Origin: Flavobacteriaceae bacterium
Lineage (GTDB): Bacteria > Bacteroidota > Bacteroidia > Flavobacteriales > Flavobacteriaceae
Length of the DNA stretch: 29,543 bases
Assembly: GCA_045046885.1 (NCBI GenBank)
Contig: JASFYX010000028.1
Span: 1 to 29,543 of the forward strand
Reading direction: 5' to 3'
Shown piece after piece: positions 16,938 to 26,288 of this stretch. Each line of letters starts with the position of its first letter. The stretch's first letter is position 1. The notes below the pieces were generated by a model. The model was not told the origin of the DNA, searched no databases, and saw nothing but the letters and a program-made list of their open reading frames with translations. The translations under genes were made by a program, and so were the position numbers.

Positions 16938-16966
16938 AAAACCCCACATTAGGTATGTGAGGTTTT
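16938..16966. terminator. Hairpin with A/T flanks between convergent genes (acyltransferase on the plus strand, truncated hemoglobin on the minus strand). Likely a bidirectional terminator.
   Basis: aaaaccccacattaggtatgtgaggtttta: a CCCACAT / ATGTGAGG stem with one mismatch, an A-run upstream and a T-run downstream. Confidence 0.55.
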
Positions 16967-16988
16967 AATTGTAAAAGATGCTACTGTG

Positions 16989-17471
16989 TTATTTTCCCAT
17001 AACAGGTCCTTTTAGGGAATATAGGATATATAACATATCTTTTGTGGTTTCCACATCTATTTTATGATTTCCTAAAACAGTCATAATATCATCAACAGCT
17101 GCTAAAAACTCTTTTTCATTTATCTTTAAACCCGCATGTGCCGCAGTCATATCTCTGCCTGAATATTTTTCTGTACCACCTGTACCGGCAGCTAAAAAAG
17201 CCTTTACGTGGTTTTTAAAAACTTCCAAGCGTTTAGGGTCTTCTTTTAAAGACTGAAATTTATCTTTTATTAAAGGGTTTACAAGGTGAGCAGCGACAAT
17301 TTCGTCAACTAAAGCTGAAATACCTTCTGCTTTACCAAGACGTTCATAAAGACTAGGTTCTTTTGAAATAATGGCAACTTCTGCCTTTTCGTTCTTTTTA
17401 ACTTTGTTATCTGTACAGTTAATACTAACGAGTGCAAAAATTACTAAGCACATTAATTTTAATGTTTTCAT
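16989..17471 (-). CDS. Group-1-like truncated hemoglobin (2/2 Hb) with a lipoprotein signal peptide, predicted to be exported.
   Basis: - Signal peptide with lipobox: MKTLKLMCLVIFALVSINC.
- trHb-like core: YERLGKAEGISALVDEIVAAHLVNPLI ... YSGRDMTAAHAGLKINEKEFLAAVDDIMTVL. Confidence 0.7.
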   Translation of the reverse strand: MKTLKLMCLVIFALVSINCTDNKVKKNEKAEVAIISKEPSLYERLGKAEGISALVDEIVAAHLVNPLIKDKFQSLKEDPKRLEVFKNHVKAFLAAGTGGTEKYSGRDMTAAHAGLKINEKEFLAAVDDIMTVLGNHKIDVETTKDMLYILYSLKGPVMGK

Positions 17472-17572
17472 AGGTTTTATTTTATGGTTAATAATTAGTT
17501 AGAATCTCTAAAAATACAATATATATTTTTAACATCTATAAAACCAATCTTTTGAAAATTTTTATTGAGAAA

Positions 17573-17896
17573 TTAAAACTTATAATCGTCTCTGGCTGGT
17601 GAAAAAATATCGATCACTTCGCAGTAGGTAAGCGCTTCTCCTTTATGGATAACATTAGAGGGGATAACAACGACCATACCCGGACTTACAATTTGTGTTT
17701 CACCGGCAATAGTTAATTTCAATTGTCCTTTTGTAACAATACTTATTTGTTCTTCAGGATGAGAGTGCTCTGGTAAAATAGCGCCTTTATCAATTTGCCA
17801 AAAGCTGACAGTCATGTTTTTAGAATGTACGAATCGTCCTTTAAAACCTTTGACTATTTCGTGTAATTCAAGTTGATTTAAATCTGTAAAAGTCAT
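17573..17896 (-). CDS. Small cupin-domain protein (107 aa).
   Basis: Cupin motifs: ILPEHSHPEEQISIVTKGQLKLTIAGE and PGMVVVIPSNVIHKGEA. Confidence 0.75.
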   Translation of the reverse strand: MTFTDLNQLELHEIVKGFKGRFVHSKNMTVSFWQIDKGAILPEHSHPEEQISIVTKGQLKLTIAGETQIVSPGMVVVIPSNVIHKGEALTYCEVIDIFSPARDDYKF

Positions 17897-17945
17897 TTTC
17901 TAATTTTTAAATTCTGTATTGCATTTTTTACATTTATACTGATAG

Positions 17946-19199
17946 CTAATTAACCCTTTCTCCTTTCAAAAATAATGCTTTCTTTATAGCTTTTATCCTT
18001 GATTTTGCAAATAAAGTATTTTCTTTGTTTTTAGTCTCGAATCTGTATAGATACTTTTGGTAGAGTGCTAGCCCTTTTTTCTTGTCTTTATAATAAGCAT
18101 CAGTAGTTAGAGCCAACTGAAATAAAGATTTGTAATTATTAGTATTACTTGCAAAGGCCTTTTTAAAATGTTTTATGGCATTCTTTAAATCATTCTTATC
18201 GTGAGCAATAAGTCCTAACAAAAAATACTGCTTATCTAATTTAGGTGTCGCATTAAAAATTGACATAAAATCACTCATTTCTGCAAGTTTTAATTTTTTT
18301 TGATCATAATATAAACTCGCTAATCTATAATGCAATTGTGAATTGCTAAAATCCATCTTTAAACCTTCTCTAAAAGCTTTTTCGGCAGCATCATAATCTT
18401 TTAAATTATAATAACACATTCCCTTCATTTCATAAAGTGTAACCGATTTATAATTTAATGATGCCAACCTGTCTATAATTTTTATAGCCGATTTAAATTG
18501 TCTTGTAAAATATAATTCTTGTGCCTTTAAAAGATTAAAATTAATACTCAAACTATCAATAACCAGACCTTTATCTATAAATAAATTAGTAGAATCTTTG
18601 TATCTTAATTTCTTAAAAAATTTAGCCAACTCATAAATACTCCGCAAGTGCATCGTATCTAATTTATAAGCTTCTAAATAGCTCTGCCCCATCTTAAAAA
18701 ATTTGTTTTGCTTAGAAAAGGCTTTTGCCAATTGAAAGGGATAGCTAGGATTTAGAGTGTCTTGTTTTGTTAAATAACGATAAATTTTTTCTGCTCTTTT
18801 AGGTTTAAATTCTGATAGATATATTTTACCCAAACTATTTAAAACAAGTAGATTAGTAGAGTCCTTTTGGATTATTTTTTCATATACAGTAACAGCCTCT
18901 GTTTTATAACCGGCTAGATTAGATACATTCCCCAAAGAAACTTTAACTAAATTTTCATCTTTAATTTCTAATGCTTTTTTATAAAAGTTGACAGCTTTAG
19001 AATAATCACCTATCCGTTTATATATTTCTGCACTCTTAACAAAGACATCAAAACTAATAGGTTCATTCTCTAATATCTTTAAAGCCTTTTGATATTTCCC
19101 TTGTAATAAAAGAGTATCGAGATTGGTAAAATGTTCAATTTGAGCTTCTAATTTATAACACATTAGCATTATAAAAAACAGATAGAATATTTTTTTCAT
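17946..19199 (-). CDS. Secreted tetratricopeptide-repeat protein. The start is placed at the internal Met that begins the signal peptide MKKIFYLFFIMLMCYKLEAQ; the longest ORF extends to 19250.
   Basis: Multiple TPR-like motifs, for example AEIYKRIGDYSKAVNFYKKALEI and GMCYYNLKDYDAAEKAFREGLKMD. The ATG at 19199-19197 precedes the hydrophobic signal peptide. Confidence 0.7.
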   Translation of the reverse strand: MKKIFYLFFIMLMCYKLEAQIEHFTNLDTLLLQGKYQKALKILENEPISFDVFVKSAEIYKRIGDYSKAVNFYKKALEIKDENLVKVSLGNVSNLAGYKTEAVTVYEKIIQKDSTNLLVLNSLGKIYLSEFKPKRAEKIYRYLTKQDTLNPSYPFQLAKAFSKQNKFFKMGQSYLEAYKLDTMHLRSIYELAKFFKKLRYKDSTNLFIDKGLVIDSLSINFNLLKAQELYFTRQFKSAIKIIDRLASLNYKSVTLYEMKGMCYYNLKDYDAAEKAFREGLKMDFSNSQLHYRLASLYYDQKKLKLAEMSDFMSIFNATPKLDKQYFLLGLIAHDKNDLKNAIKHFKKAFASNTNNYKSLFQLALTTDAYYKDKKKGLALYQKYLYRFETKNKENTLFAKSRIKAIKKALFLKGERVN

Positions 19200-19293
19200 G
19201 AAAAAAGTTATATAATTAACACACAATCTAAAAAACTGATTGGTAGTCAAATATATAACTAAATATTTAGTTTTAAACGAAAAGTATTAAAAA

Positions 19294-20574
19294 CTATTTT
19301 CTATTTCGATTTTTAGAAAATCCTCTATTACCTTTATTTTGGTTGTTGCGGTTGTTGTTTTTAGGACGCCACTTCTTGGATTTATAATGCGAAGAATGTT
19401 CTTTTTTCTTTTCTAGTGGTTTTTCTAAAGGCATATCTACCTTAAAAGGATGCGCTTCTATTACAGGAATCTGTTGTTTTATCAGTTTCTGAATGTCCTT
19501 TAAATAAGGACGCTCCTCTTGATCACAAAAACTAATAGCTACACCACTGGCCAAAGCCCTACCCGTCCTGCCAATACGGTGGACATACGTTTCGGGTATA
19601 TTGGGTAAATCGTAATTTATTACCAAGGGCAATTCTTCTATATCTATACCACGTGCGGCAATGTCGGTGGCTACCAACACTTCCAATCCCCCATTTTTAA
19701 AATTGCTCAAGGCTTTTTGGCGCGCTGTTTGTGACTTATTACCGTGAATAGCTTCTGCCCCTATTTCTTCGCGTCTTAGTAATTTTACAATTTTGTTAGC
19801 GCCGTGTTTTGTGCGTGAAAAGACCAAAACAGCACTACAGTTTTCTGTCTGTAAAATATGTATAAGCAATTTAATTTTACTGCGCTTACTGACAAAATAT
19901 ACTTTTTGTGTTACTTTTTCGGCAGTGGCTTGTTCGGGTTTTATGACGATTTTTTCTGGATGGCTTCCCAATATTTTATGCGATAAAGTCACAATTTCTG
20001 CTGGCATAGTAGCCGAAAAGAATAACGATTGTCTTTGTGTAGGTAATTTGGCAATTATTTTTTTGATATCGTGAATAAAGCCCATATCTAACATTCTATC
20101 GGCTTCATCTAAAACAAAGTATTCAATATCTCTTAGAGATACAATGCCTTGATTCATTAAATCTAACAAACGCCCTGGAGTAGCTACCAAAACATCAATG
20201 CCTCTATTTAAAACAGTAACCTGAGTACCTTGTTTGACGCCACCAAAGATGACGGTGTTCTTAGTACCTGTAAACTTGCTGTATGACGCAAAACTATCGC
20301 CTATTTGTATGGCTAATTCGCGCGTAGGTGTAACTATAAGGGCTTTAATTTTTCTTCTGCCATTCTCTTTGTTTTTATCCAAATAGATTTGCTGAATAAT
20401 AGGAATGGCAAAAGCGGCTGTTTTACCAGTACCTGTTTGTGCCGACCCCAATAAGTCTCTACCTTTTAAAAGAATGGGAATAGATTTTTCTTGTATAGGT
20501 GTGGGATATTTGTACCCTTCTAAAACTAAAGCTTTAAGAATAGGTTCTATCAATCCGATTTCTGAAAATTTCAT
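19294..20574 (-). CDS. DEAD-box ATP-dependent RNA helicase (RhlE-like) with a basic C-terminal tail.
   Basis: - Q-motif region.
- Motif I: AQTGTGKTAAF.
- Motif Ia: PTRELA.
- Motif II: DEAD.
- Motif III: SAT.
- Motif VI: HRIGRTGR.
- Arg/Lys/Asn-rich C-terminus. Confidence 0.95.
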   Translation of the reverse strand: MKFSEIGLIEPILKALVLEGYKYPTPIQEKSIPILLKGRDLLGSAQTGTGKTAAFAIPIIQQIYLDKNKENGRRKIKALIVTPTRELAIQIGDSFASYSKFTGTKNTVIFGGVKQGTQVTVLNRGIDVLVATPGRLLDLMNQGIVSLRDIEYFVLDEADRMLDMGFIHDIKKIIAKLPTQRQSLFFSATMPAEIVTLSHKILGSHPEKIVIKPEQATAEKVTQKVYFVSKRSKIKLLIHILQTENCSAVLVFSRTKHGANKIVKLLRREEIGAEAIHGNKSQTARQKALSNFKNGGLEVLVATDIAARGIDIEELPLVINYDLPNIPETYVHRIGRTGRALASGVAISFCDQEERPYLKDIQKLIKQQIPVIEAHPFKVDMPLEKPLEKKKEHSSHYKSKKWRPKNNNRNNQNKGNRGFSKNRNRK

Positions 20575-20620
20575 GTAATTGTGTTAAGTAATTGAGTTAA
20601 AAAGTGGATTTTCTTCAAAC

Positions 20621-20657
20621 AACAAAAAAGCCTATCATTAGATAGGCTTCTGTTTTA
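20621..20657 (-). terminator. Rho-independent terminator of the cold-shock gene (AGCCTATC / GATAGGCT stem, ATTA loop, U-tract on the minus strand).
   Basis: The plus strand reads aaaaaagcctatcattagataggcttctgtttt. On the minus strand the hairpin is followed by TTTTTTGTTG, and it lies 20 bp downstream of the csp stop. Confidence 0.75.
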
Positions 20658-20677
20658 AAAAAGTATTATAATTTATA

Positions 20678-20869
20678 TTAAATTACTTTTACGTTTACTG
20701 CGTTCATACCTTTTTTACCTTCTACTAGTTCGAATTCAACTTCATCGCCTTCGCGGATGTCATCAATTAAACCAGAAATGTGTACAAAGTGATCTTTGTT
20801 CACACCTTCTTCGGTAATAAATCCAAAACCTTTAGATTCGTTGAAGAATTTTACTGTTCCTTTACTCAT
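20678..20869 (-). CDS. Cold-shock protein (CspA family, 63 aa).
   Basis: [22 protein letters not shown]...FVHISGL, containing RNP1/RNP2-like motifs. Confidence 0.95.
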   Translation of the reverse strand: MSKGTVKFFNESKGFGFITEEGVNKDHFVHISGLIDDIREGDEVEFELVEGKKGMNAVNVKVI

Positions 20870-20943
20870 TATTGTTATTTATAAAAATTAAGTTGCAAAA
20901 ATAGTAATTATTTTTAACAATACCTTACATTATTATAAAAGAA

Positions 20944-22707
20944 CTAATTAAATTTTATCTCATTACCATTTACATAAGTATTTAATACTTTAATATTCTG
21001 TAACTCTTTAGTAGAAATTGTCAAAGGATTTTTATCTACAACTATAAAATCGGCATATTTGCCTTTTGTTAAAGAGCCTAATTTGTCTTCCATAAAAATT
21101 TGCCAAGCGGCGCTGTAAGTCATTGCTTTTAAACCTTGTAATACAGTTATATGCTGATTATAACCTAATGTGTCGCCTTCCTTTGTAGTACGCTCAATAG
21201 CTGTCTGAATAAGTCTAAATGGGGCACTCTCAAACATAGGTTGGTCTGCGTGCATAGCATACTTTAAACGTCTCCTTTGTGCTTCACCAACGGGTAAAAT
21301 AGTTTCAGCACGTGCTGTCCCAATGATGTCATTTTTCAAAGCTTTACCGTAATAGTACAAATGATTGATATGAAAATTAGGTACTAGATTCAATCTTTCT
21401 ATGTCATTAAAAGTACTTTCTTGAAGTAAAATACAATGCTCTAACCTATCTCTAAATTTCGTTATATCTGTAACTTTATTGGCTTCAGAAAAAGCATTTA
21501 CCACTTCTTCTGTGGCAGCGTCGCCTTGAGCGTGAATGGCAATTTGCCATCCTTTTGACGTATATCTCTCAATAAATTTCACCAAACTGTCTTTTTGAAT
21601 CAAGGCTTTACCACGTGAACCGTTTGGAATATGCAATCCGTTTTGTGTTAAATCTGAAACTACGTAAGGCTCTTTTAAATACATAGAGCCTGTATAAGGC
21701 GAACCGTCATACCACATTTTAACGCCTATAATATTGTAGAAATCATTATCCGTTTTCTTTTCAGGTAATAAAAAATCCTTATCGCGACGGATATAAATAA
21801 AGTGTCGTGGATTGACCTCTCGTTTAGGTAACAGCCCTATTTTGGCTAAAAGCTGATTGATAAAAGTCGGTTTTTCGGCAGACAAATGTTGGTATAAGCG
21901 CAAAGGTTTAGCGTTATTAATTGAAATACCCGCAGATATCACCGATGTATTACCATTTTTGGCATATTGTTTAAAAACATTACTAGTAGCTTTTGTAAGT
22001 GCTTTTGGTGTAAAAACTTCTTTTTGTAATACATCTAAAACAGGTTTAAAGGCTACCTGCTCAGCAATCATTCCTGTTAAATTACCTAAACTATCACGTT
22101 CGTAATAACTCGACTTAGAAGGGTTTTGAGTATTTTTATCAATCCCTACTATTTCTAAAGTTTTAGAGTTGACCCAATAACTATGTAAACTTTGCGATAT
22201 TAAAACTAAAGGATTATCTGGAGCTACACTATCTAAAAATGACAAGCTTGGCGATTTTAACCCTTCAACCAAAACAGGATCAATTCCTTTACCAATTAAC
22301 CACTCGCCTTTCTTTTTCTTTTTAACACTTTTGGCCAAATACTGCCAAACATCTTTTGGTGTTTTGTGTTTAAAACCAGACAAGTCAACCATTGGTTCTA
22401 AAAAAGCCGACAATGCTACGTGAGAATGACTGTCTATAAAACCGGGTAAAACTGTTTTTCCTTTTAAATTTACAACTTTAATATACTGATTTTTAAGCTT
22501 CGATAAGACGTCATTTGTACCAACGGCTACAATTTTACCATTCGCAACAATCATAGCTTGTGCTTGAGGCATATCGTCATCTAGAGTGATAATATTAGCA
22601 TTTTTGTAGAGAGTAGCTTCTGCCTTTTTAAAATCTCTTATAATATAAAAATAGCCCGTTAAGGCTACAGCCAAAACAACTATGATAATGCGAATAAAAA
22701 TTTTCAT
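20944..22707 (-). CDS. Membrane-anchored or secreted metal-dependent amidohydrolase (Amidohydro_3-like).
   Basis: N-terminal hydrophobic anchor MKIFIRIIIVVLAVALTGYFYII. Metal-binding motif PGFIDSHSHV. Large amidohydrolase fold of 587 aa, with His/Asp ligands near the C-terminus (HADQPM, YVNG). Confidence 0.8.
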   Translation of the reverse strand: MKIFIRIIIVVLAVALTGYFYIIRDFKKAEATLYKNANIITLDDDMPQAQAMIVANGKIVAVGTNDVLSKLKNQYIKVVNLKGKTVLPGFIDSHSHVALSAFLEPMVDLSGFKHKTPKDVWQYLAKSVKKKKKGEWLIGKGIDPVLVEGLKSPSLSFLDSVAPDNPLVLISQSLHSYWVNSKTLEIVGIDKNTQNPSKSSYYERDSLGNLTGMIAEQVAFKPVLDVLQKEVFTPKALTKATSNVFKQYAKNGNTSVISAGISINNAKPLRLYQHLSAEKPTFINQLLAKIGLLPKREVNPRHFIYIRRDKDFLLPEKKTDNDFYNIIGVKMWYDGSPYTGSMYLKEPYVVSDLTQNGLHIPNGSRGKALIQKDSLVKFIERYTSKGWQIAIHAQGDAATEEVVNAFSEANKVTDITKFRDRLEHCILLQESTFNDIERLNLVPNFHINHLYYYGKALKNDIIGTARAETILPVGEAQRRRLKYAMHADQPMFESAPFRLIQTAIERTTKEGDTLGYNQHITVLQGLKAMTYSAAWQIFMEDKLGSLTKGKYADFIVVDKNPLTISTKELQNIKVLNTYVNGNEIKFN

Positions 22708-22757
22708 ACTTTAATTATGTATTTGTTGAAAAACAAATCTACAAATAAAAAGTAATT

Positions 22758-23603
22758 TTATTTTTCTAAATCAAATCGTATAAAAATAGGAAAGTGGTCT
22801 GAAACAAATTTATTATTTGCGCTCATTTGTGTTACGTGGGTATATTTAAGAACCTTTACTTTCTTGACAAAAAAGTAATCAATGCGTGTTTTTGTTTGTA
22901 GATTATTAAAACCATTAAAAGTTCCGCCACTTCCATTAAAGGTGTTTTTAGCAATTATTTTAGCATCTATAAGATTATCTTTCAAAAGTTTAATAGGTGC
23001 TTTGTCTGGCGTATCATTAAAATCGCCCATTAAAATGACGGGGTAATTGTTTGTATTTAAAGTTCTTATTTTGTCTAAAATTAACTGTGCCGAATTAAGC
23101 CGTGCCACAGACCCTTTATGGTCAAAATGGGTATTAAAAACCCAAAATTCATCACCTGCTTTATGCAACATAAACAATCCATAAGTACAAATTCTGTTAA
23201 GCGCTGCGTCCCACCCTTTTGAAGGTTTTTCGGGTGTTTTAGACAACCAAAAGGTACCGCTTTGTAGCAATTCAAATTTTTTATAATTATAAAACAAGGG
23301 GGAATATTCTCCTTTGGTTTTGCCATCGTCACGTCCTACGCCAATATAATGATAGTCTTTAAGATTTTTAGCGATATAATTCACCTGATTTAACAAGCCT
23401 TCTTGAATCCCAAAAACATCTAGTTTATATTTTTTTAAAATATTTATAACACCTTGTTTTCTATCGTGCCAACTGTGTTCTTTATCCCAAGTATTGTCAT
23501 ACCTAATATTAAAAGACATAGCTTTATAATGCTGCCCTATAATAACTTGTGTTATCATTAATACAGATATAAAACTGAAAGCTACTTTTTTAAAATTAAT
23601 CAT
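22758..23603 (-). CDS. Secreted endonuclease/exonuclease/phosphatase (EEP) family protein. The start is placed at the internal Met MINFKK..., which begins a signal peptide; the longest ORF (to 23648) would overlap ppc.
   Basis: Catalytic motifs: SFNIRYD, GIQEG, GDFND and the C-terminal SDHFPIFIRF. Signal peptide: MINFKKVAFSFISVLMITQVIIGQ. Confidence 0.8.
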   Translation of the reverse strand: MINFKKVAFSFISVLMITQVIIGQHYKAMSFNIRYDNTWDKEHSWHDRKQGVINILKKYKLDVFGIQEGLLNQVNYIAKNLKDYHYIGVGRDDGKTKGEYSPLFYNYKKFELLQSGTFWLSKTPEKPSKGWDAALNRICTYGLFMLHKAGDEFWVFNTHFDHKGSVARLNSAQLILDKIRTLNTNNYPVILMGDFNDTPDKAPIKLLKDNLIDAKIIAKNTFNGSGGTFNGFNNLQTKTRIDYFFVKKVKVLKYTHVTQMSANNKFVSDHFPIFIRFDLEK

Positions 23604-23613
23604 AATTACAATT

Positions 23614-26208
23614 TTATGCAGAATTCCGACTTGCATTAATATTGCCAAAAAGTGAACGTGTTACCATTTTTTCATAAACTTTTATCAGTTCTTTATCGGT
23701 CTTTTCTACTTTTTGTAAATCTTGAATTTTAAGCAAAGCATATTGCTGAATTGTAAGTAATGGTAAGACAATATTTTCGCGAATATTAATCGAAGCCAAG
23801 CCTTCTGGATTATTTTGCATCAATTCTGTATATCCTGTCAGTTTTAAAATGAGTCTTTTGGTTGTTTCGTATTCACTAAAAATCAATTTCCAAAAAGCAC
23901 CAAATTCGGCATCATCAGCCATGTAGGCTGTTAATTCAAAAAATGTTTTTGTCAAAGCCATCATACTATTTTTAATCAAAGCTTTAAAGAAATCTGAGTT
24001 TTTATAAAGAGTAATTAATTTATCAAAATCTCCTGAATCTTCATATTTTTTTAAGGCCGTTCCCACACCATAAAAGCCCGGTACATTTTGTTTTAACTGA
24101 CTCCACGACCCTACAAACGGTATGGCACGCAAATCCGCAAAATTTAAACTTTCAGATTTTGAACGCTTACTTGGGCGACTGCCTATATTGGTTTTAGCGT
24201 AATATTTTAAAGTACTGATACGTTCTAGATAAGGTAAAAATTGAGGATGATTTTTAAAAGCTACATAAGCGTCATAACTCTTTTCGGCTAAATCGGCTAA
24301 TAAAGTGCTCTCCTCTTTAGTCAATTGTGTATTTTCACTACTGAATAATTTATTGGCAATACCTGAACTCAGTAATTGTTCCATATTGTATTTAGAAGAA
24401 TCAACCGTCCCAAAATTAGAGCTTATAGTCTGTCCTTGAACAGTTAACTGTATTTCCTGATTTTCTATTGTCTGTCCTAACGACGCGTAAAACTTATGCG
24501 TTTTACCACCGCCACGCGCTGGTGGGCCACCACGTCCATCAAAAAACAGGGCTTTAATGCCGTGTTTTCTAGAAATAGCAGTCAAGGCTTCTTTAGCTTT
24601 ATAAATAGACCAATTGGCCATTAAATAGCCCCCATCTTTTGTGCCATCAGAAAAACCCAACATAATAGTTTGCTTGTTATTTCTTTGCGATAAATGCTTA
24701 TTATAAGCCTCATTTAAATAAAGTTGTTCCATTACTTTTGGCGCCATTAATAAATCGTCAATAGTTTCGAAAAGAGGAATGATATCAACATTCAATTCAT
24801 TTTTAAAACCACATAAATTAAACATCGCAAAAGTTTCCATGACGTTTAAAGCACTCTGATTATTACTTATAATATATCTATTAGCGCCCTTTTCACCATT
24901 TTGATTCTGAATAGTTTTTATAGCTTTTATAGAGCCCAGCGTTTTATGAACGATATCTTCTTTAAATAAATCTATATCTAAATCGGCTGAAATACTTGAC
25001 AAAATAGCTATTTGTTGCGATTCATTAAGTTTTAAGTAATCATCAGGAAATAAATCTGTTTTTTTATCAGAAAGGGTCTTAACCAAACTCTCAAAAACAG
25101 TATGATGTACACGGCTGTCTTGTCTTATATCTAATGTGGCAAAGTGATACCCAAAAATAGTAACTTTATTTATAAAATCTGTAATTTCTTCAAGATAAAG
25201 TGATTGGTGTTTGTCTATTAAAATAGCTTTGATATTTTGTAATTTTGCTTTAAATTCATCAAGAGATATCAGAGTATGGGACTCTAAATTTGTTGAATTT
25301 TCAAAAAGCATATGTTCTAACTCTTTCACATGATTGTGAATACCTGAAAAAGTTAATTTACGCTTTAACATTCGCATATCGCGATAATATTTTTTTAAAA
25401 TCGTTTGCTTGAGTCTTTTGGCTACTTGCAAAGTAATTTCGGTTGTAACATACGGATTACCATCTCTATCGCCTCCTGGCCAAAATCCTAAATTTATAAT
25501 TTCATTTTCTATAGTCTGATTGTCAAAAATATTACTTTGAATATAGTTATAGAGTTCAGAAACAGCTTCATAAAATACATTCTCTAAATACCAAATCAGG
25601 CTGACAGCCTCATCAAACGGGCTGGGCTTTTCATGTTTTAAAAAAGGTGTTTTACCCAATTGAGCCAACAATTTATTGATGTGCAACAAATCATTTTTCT
25701 GAATAGCTTCCGTTAAATCTGTAATAATTCCCAAAACAGGTCCTGGATAAAATTGTGTTGGATGTGCCGTTAAAACAATACGGGTTTTAAACTGCTTTAA
25801 ATAGGCTTTTAAAGCTTCCTTTTTATGTTCAATAGCAGCTGTTTCTTTGCTGTTACGCAAGGTGCCAATACCATCCATATTATTGACAATAGCAAATGAG
25901 GCATCTTCAATCGCATCAAACAAAACAACCTGACGTTCTATATATTGTATAAATTTAAACAACATATTTATACGCGATGGTTCAGAAGGATTGTCTTTAT
26001 ATTTATAAAAAAACTGATTGATAATTTCGGTAGGATTTTTACCTTTTTCAAAACCTTTTTTACACTGCTCATGAAATAAAGGCAACAATACCCCTGTTTT
26101 TTCAATCTTATCAAAAGGCAATGTCATAAAAATACTGTTGTAAATATTGTATTTTGCTAAGACATTTTCATTAAACCTTTTAAGTTTGGGTTGTTTGTAC
26201 ATAACCAT
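23614..26208 (-). CDS. ppc: Phosphoenolpyruvate carboxylase.
   Basis: Conserved PEPC motifs: VLTAHPTQ, GFSDGTKDGGYL and FDGRGGPPARGGG. Length 864 aa. Confidence 0.95.
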   Translation of the reverse strand: MVMYKQPKLKRFNENVLAKYNIYNSIFMTLPFDKIEKTGVLLPLFHEQCKKGFEKGKNPTEIINQFFYKYKDNPSEPSRINMLFKFIQYIERQVVLFDAIEDASFAIVNNMDGIGTLRNSKETAAIEHKKEALKAYLKQFKTRIVLTAHPTQFYPGPVLGIITDLTEAIQKNDLLHINKLLAQLGKTPFLKHEKPSPFDEAVSLIWYLENVFYEAVSELYNYIQSNIFDNQTIENEIINLGFWPGGDRDGNPYVTTEITLQVAKRLKQTILKKYYRDMRMLKRKLTFSGIHNHVKELEHMLFENSTNLESHTLISLDEFKAKLQNIKAILIDKHQSLYLEEITDFINKVTIFGYHFATLDIRQDSRVHHTVFESLVKTLSDKKTDLFPDDYLKLNESQQIAILSSISADLDIDLFKEDIVHKTLGSIKAIKTIQNQNGEKGANRYIISNNQSALNVMETFAMFNLCGFKNELNVDIIPLFETIDDLLMAPKVMEQLYLNEAYNKHLSQRNNKQTIMLGFSDGTKDGGYLMANWSIYKAKEALTAISRKHGIKALFFDGRGGPPARGGGKTHKFYASLGQTIENQEIQLTVQGQTISSNFGTVDSSKYNMEQLLSSGIANKLFSSENTQLTKEESTLLADLAEKSYDAYVAFKNHPQFLPYLERISTLKYYAKTNIGSRPSKRSKSESLNFADLRAIPFVGSWSQLKQNVPGFYGVGTALKKYEDSGDFDKLITLYKNSDFFKALIKNSMMALTKTFFELTAYMADDAEFGAFWKLIFSEYETTKRLILKLTGYTELMQNNPEGLASINIRENIVLPLLTIQQYALLKIQDLQKVEKTDKELIKVYEKMVTRSLFGNINASRNSA

Positions 26209-26288
26209 TAAATTAAGTGTGAAAATTACAAAAGCTCTACAAAATTTACCAAAGTATTTTTACAATTCTACGAAATCGTTTACTTTCC

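Noticed and set aside
23604-23648. N-terminal extension of the EEP nuclease ORF (MAILMQVGILHKIVI...) overlapping the 3' end of ppc
   Set aside because: The internal Met (MINFKK...) starts a proper signal peptide and removes the 35-nt overlap with ppc. The upstream extension is most likely not translated.
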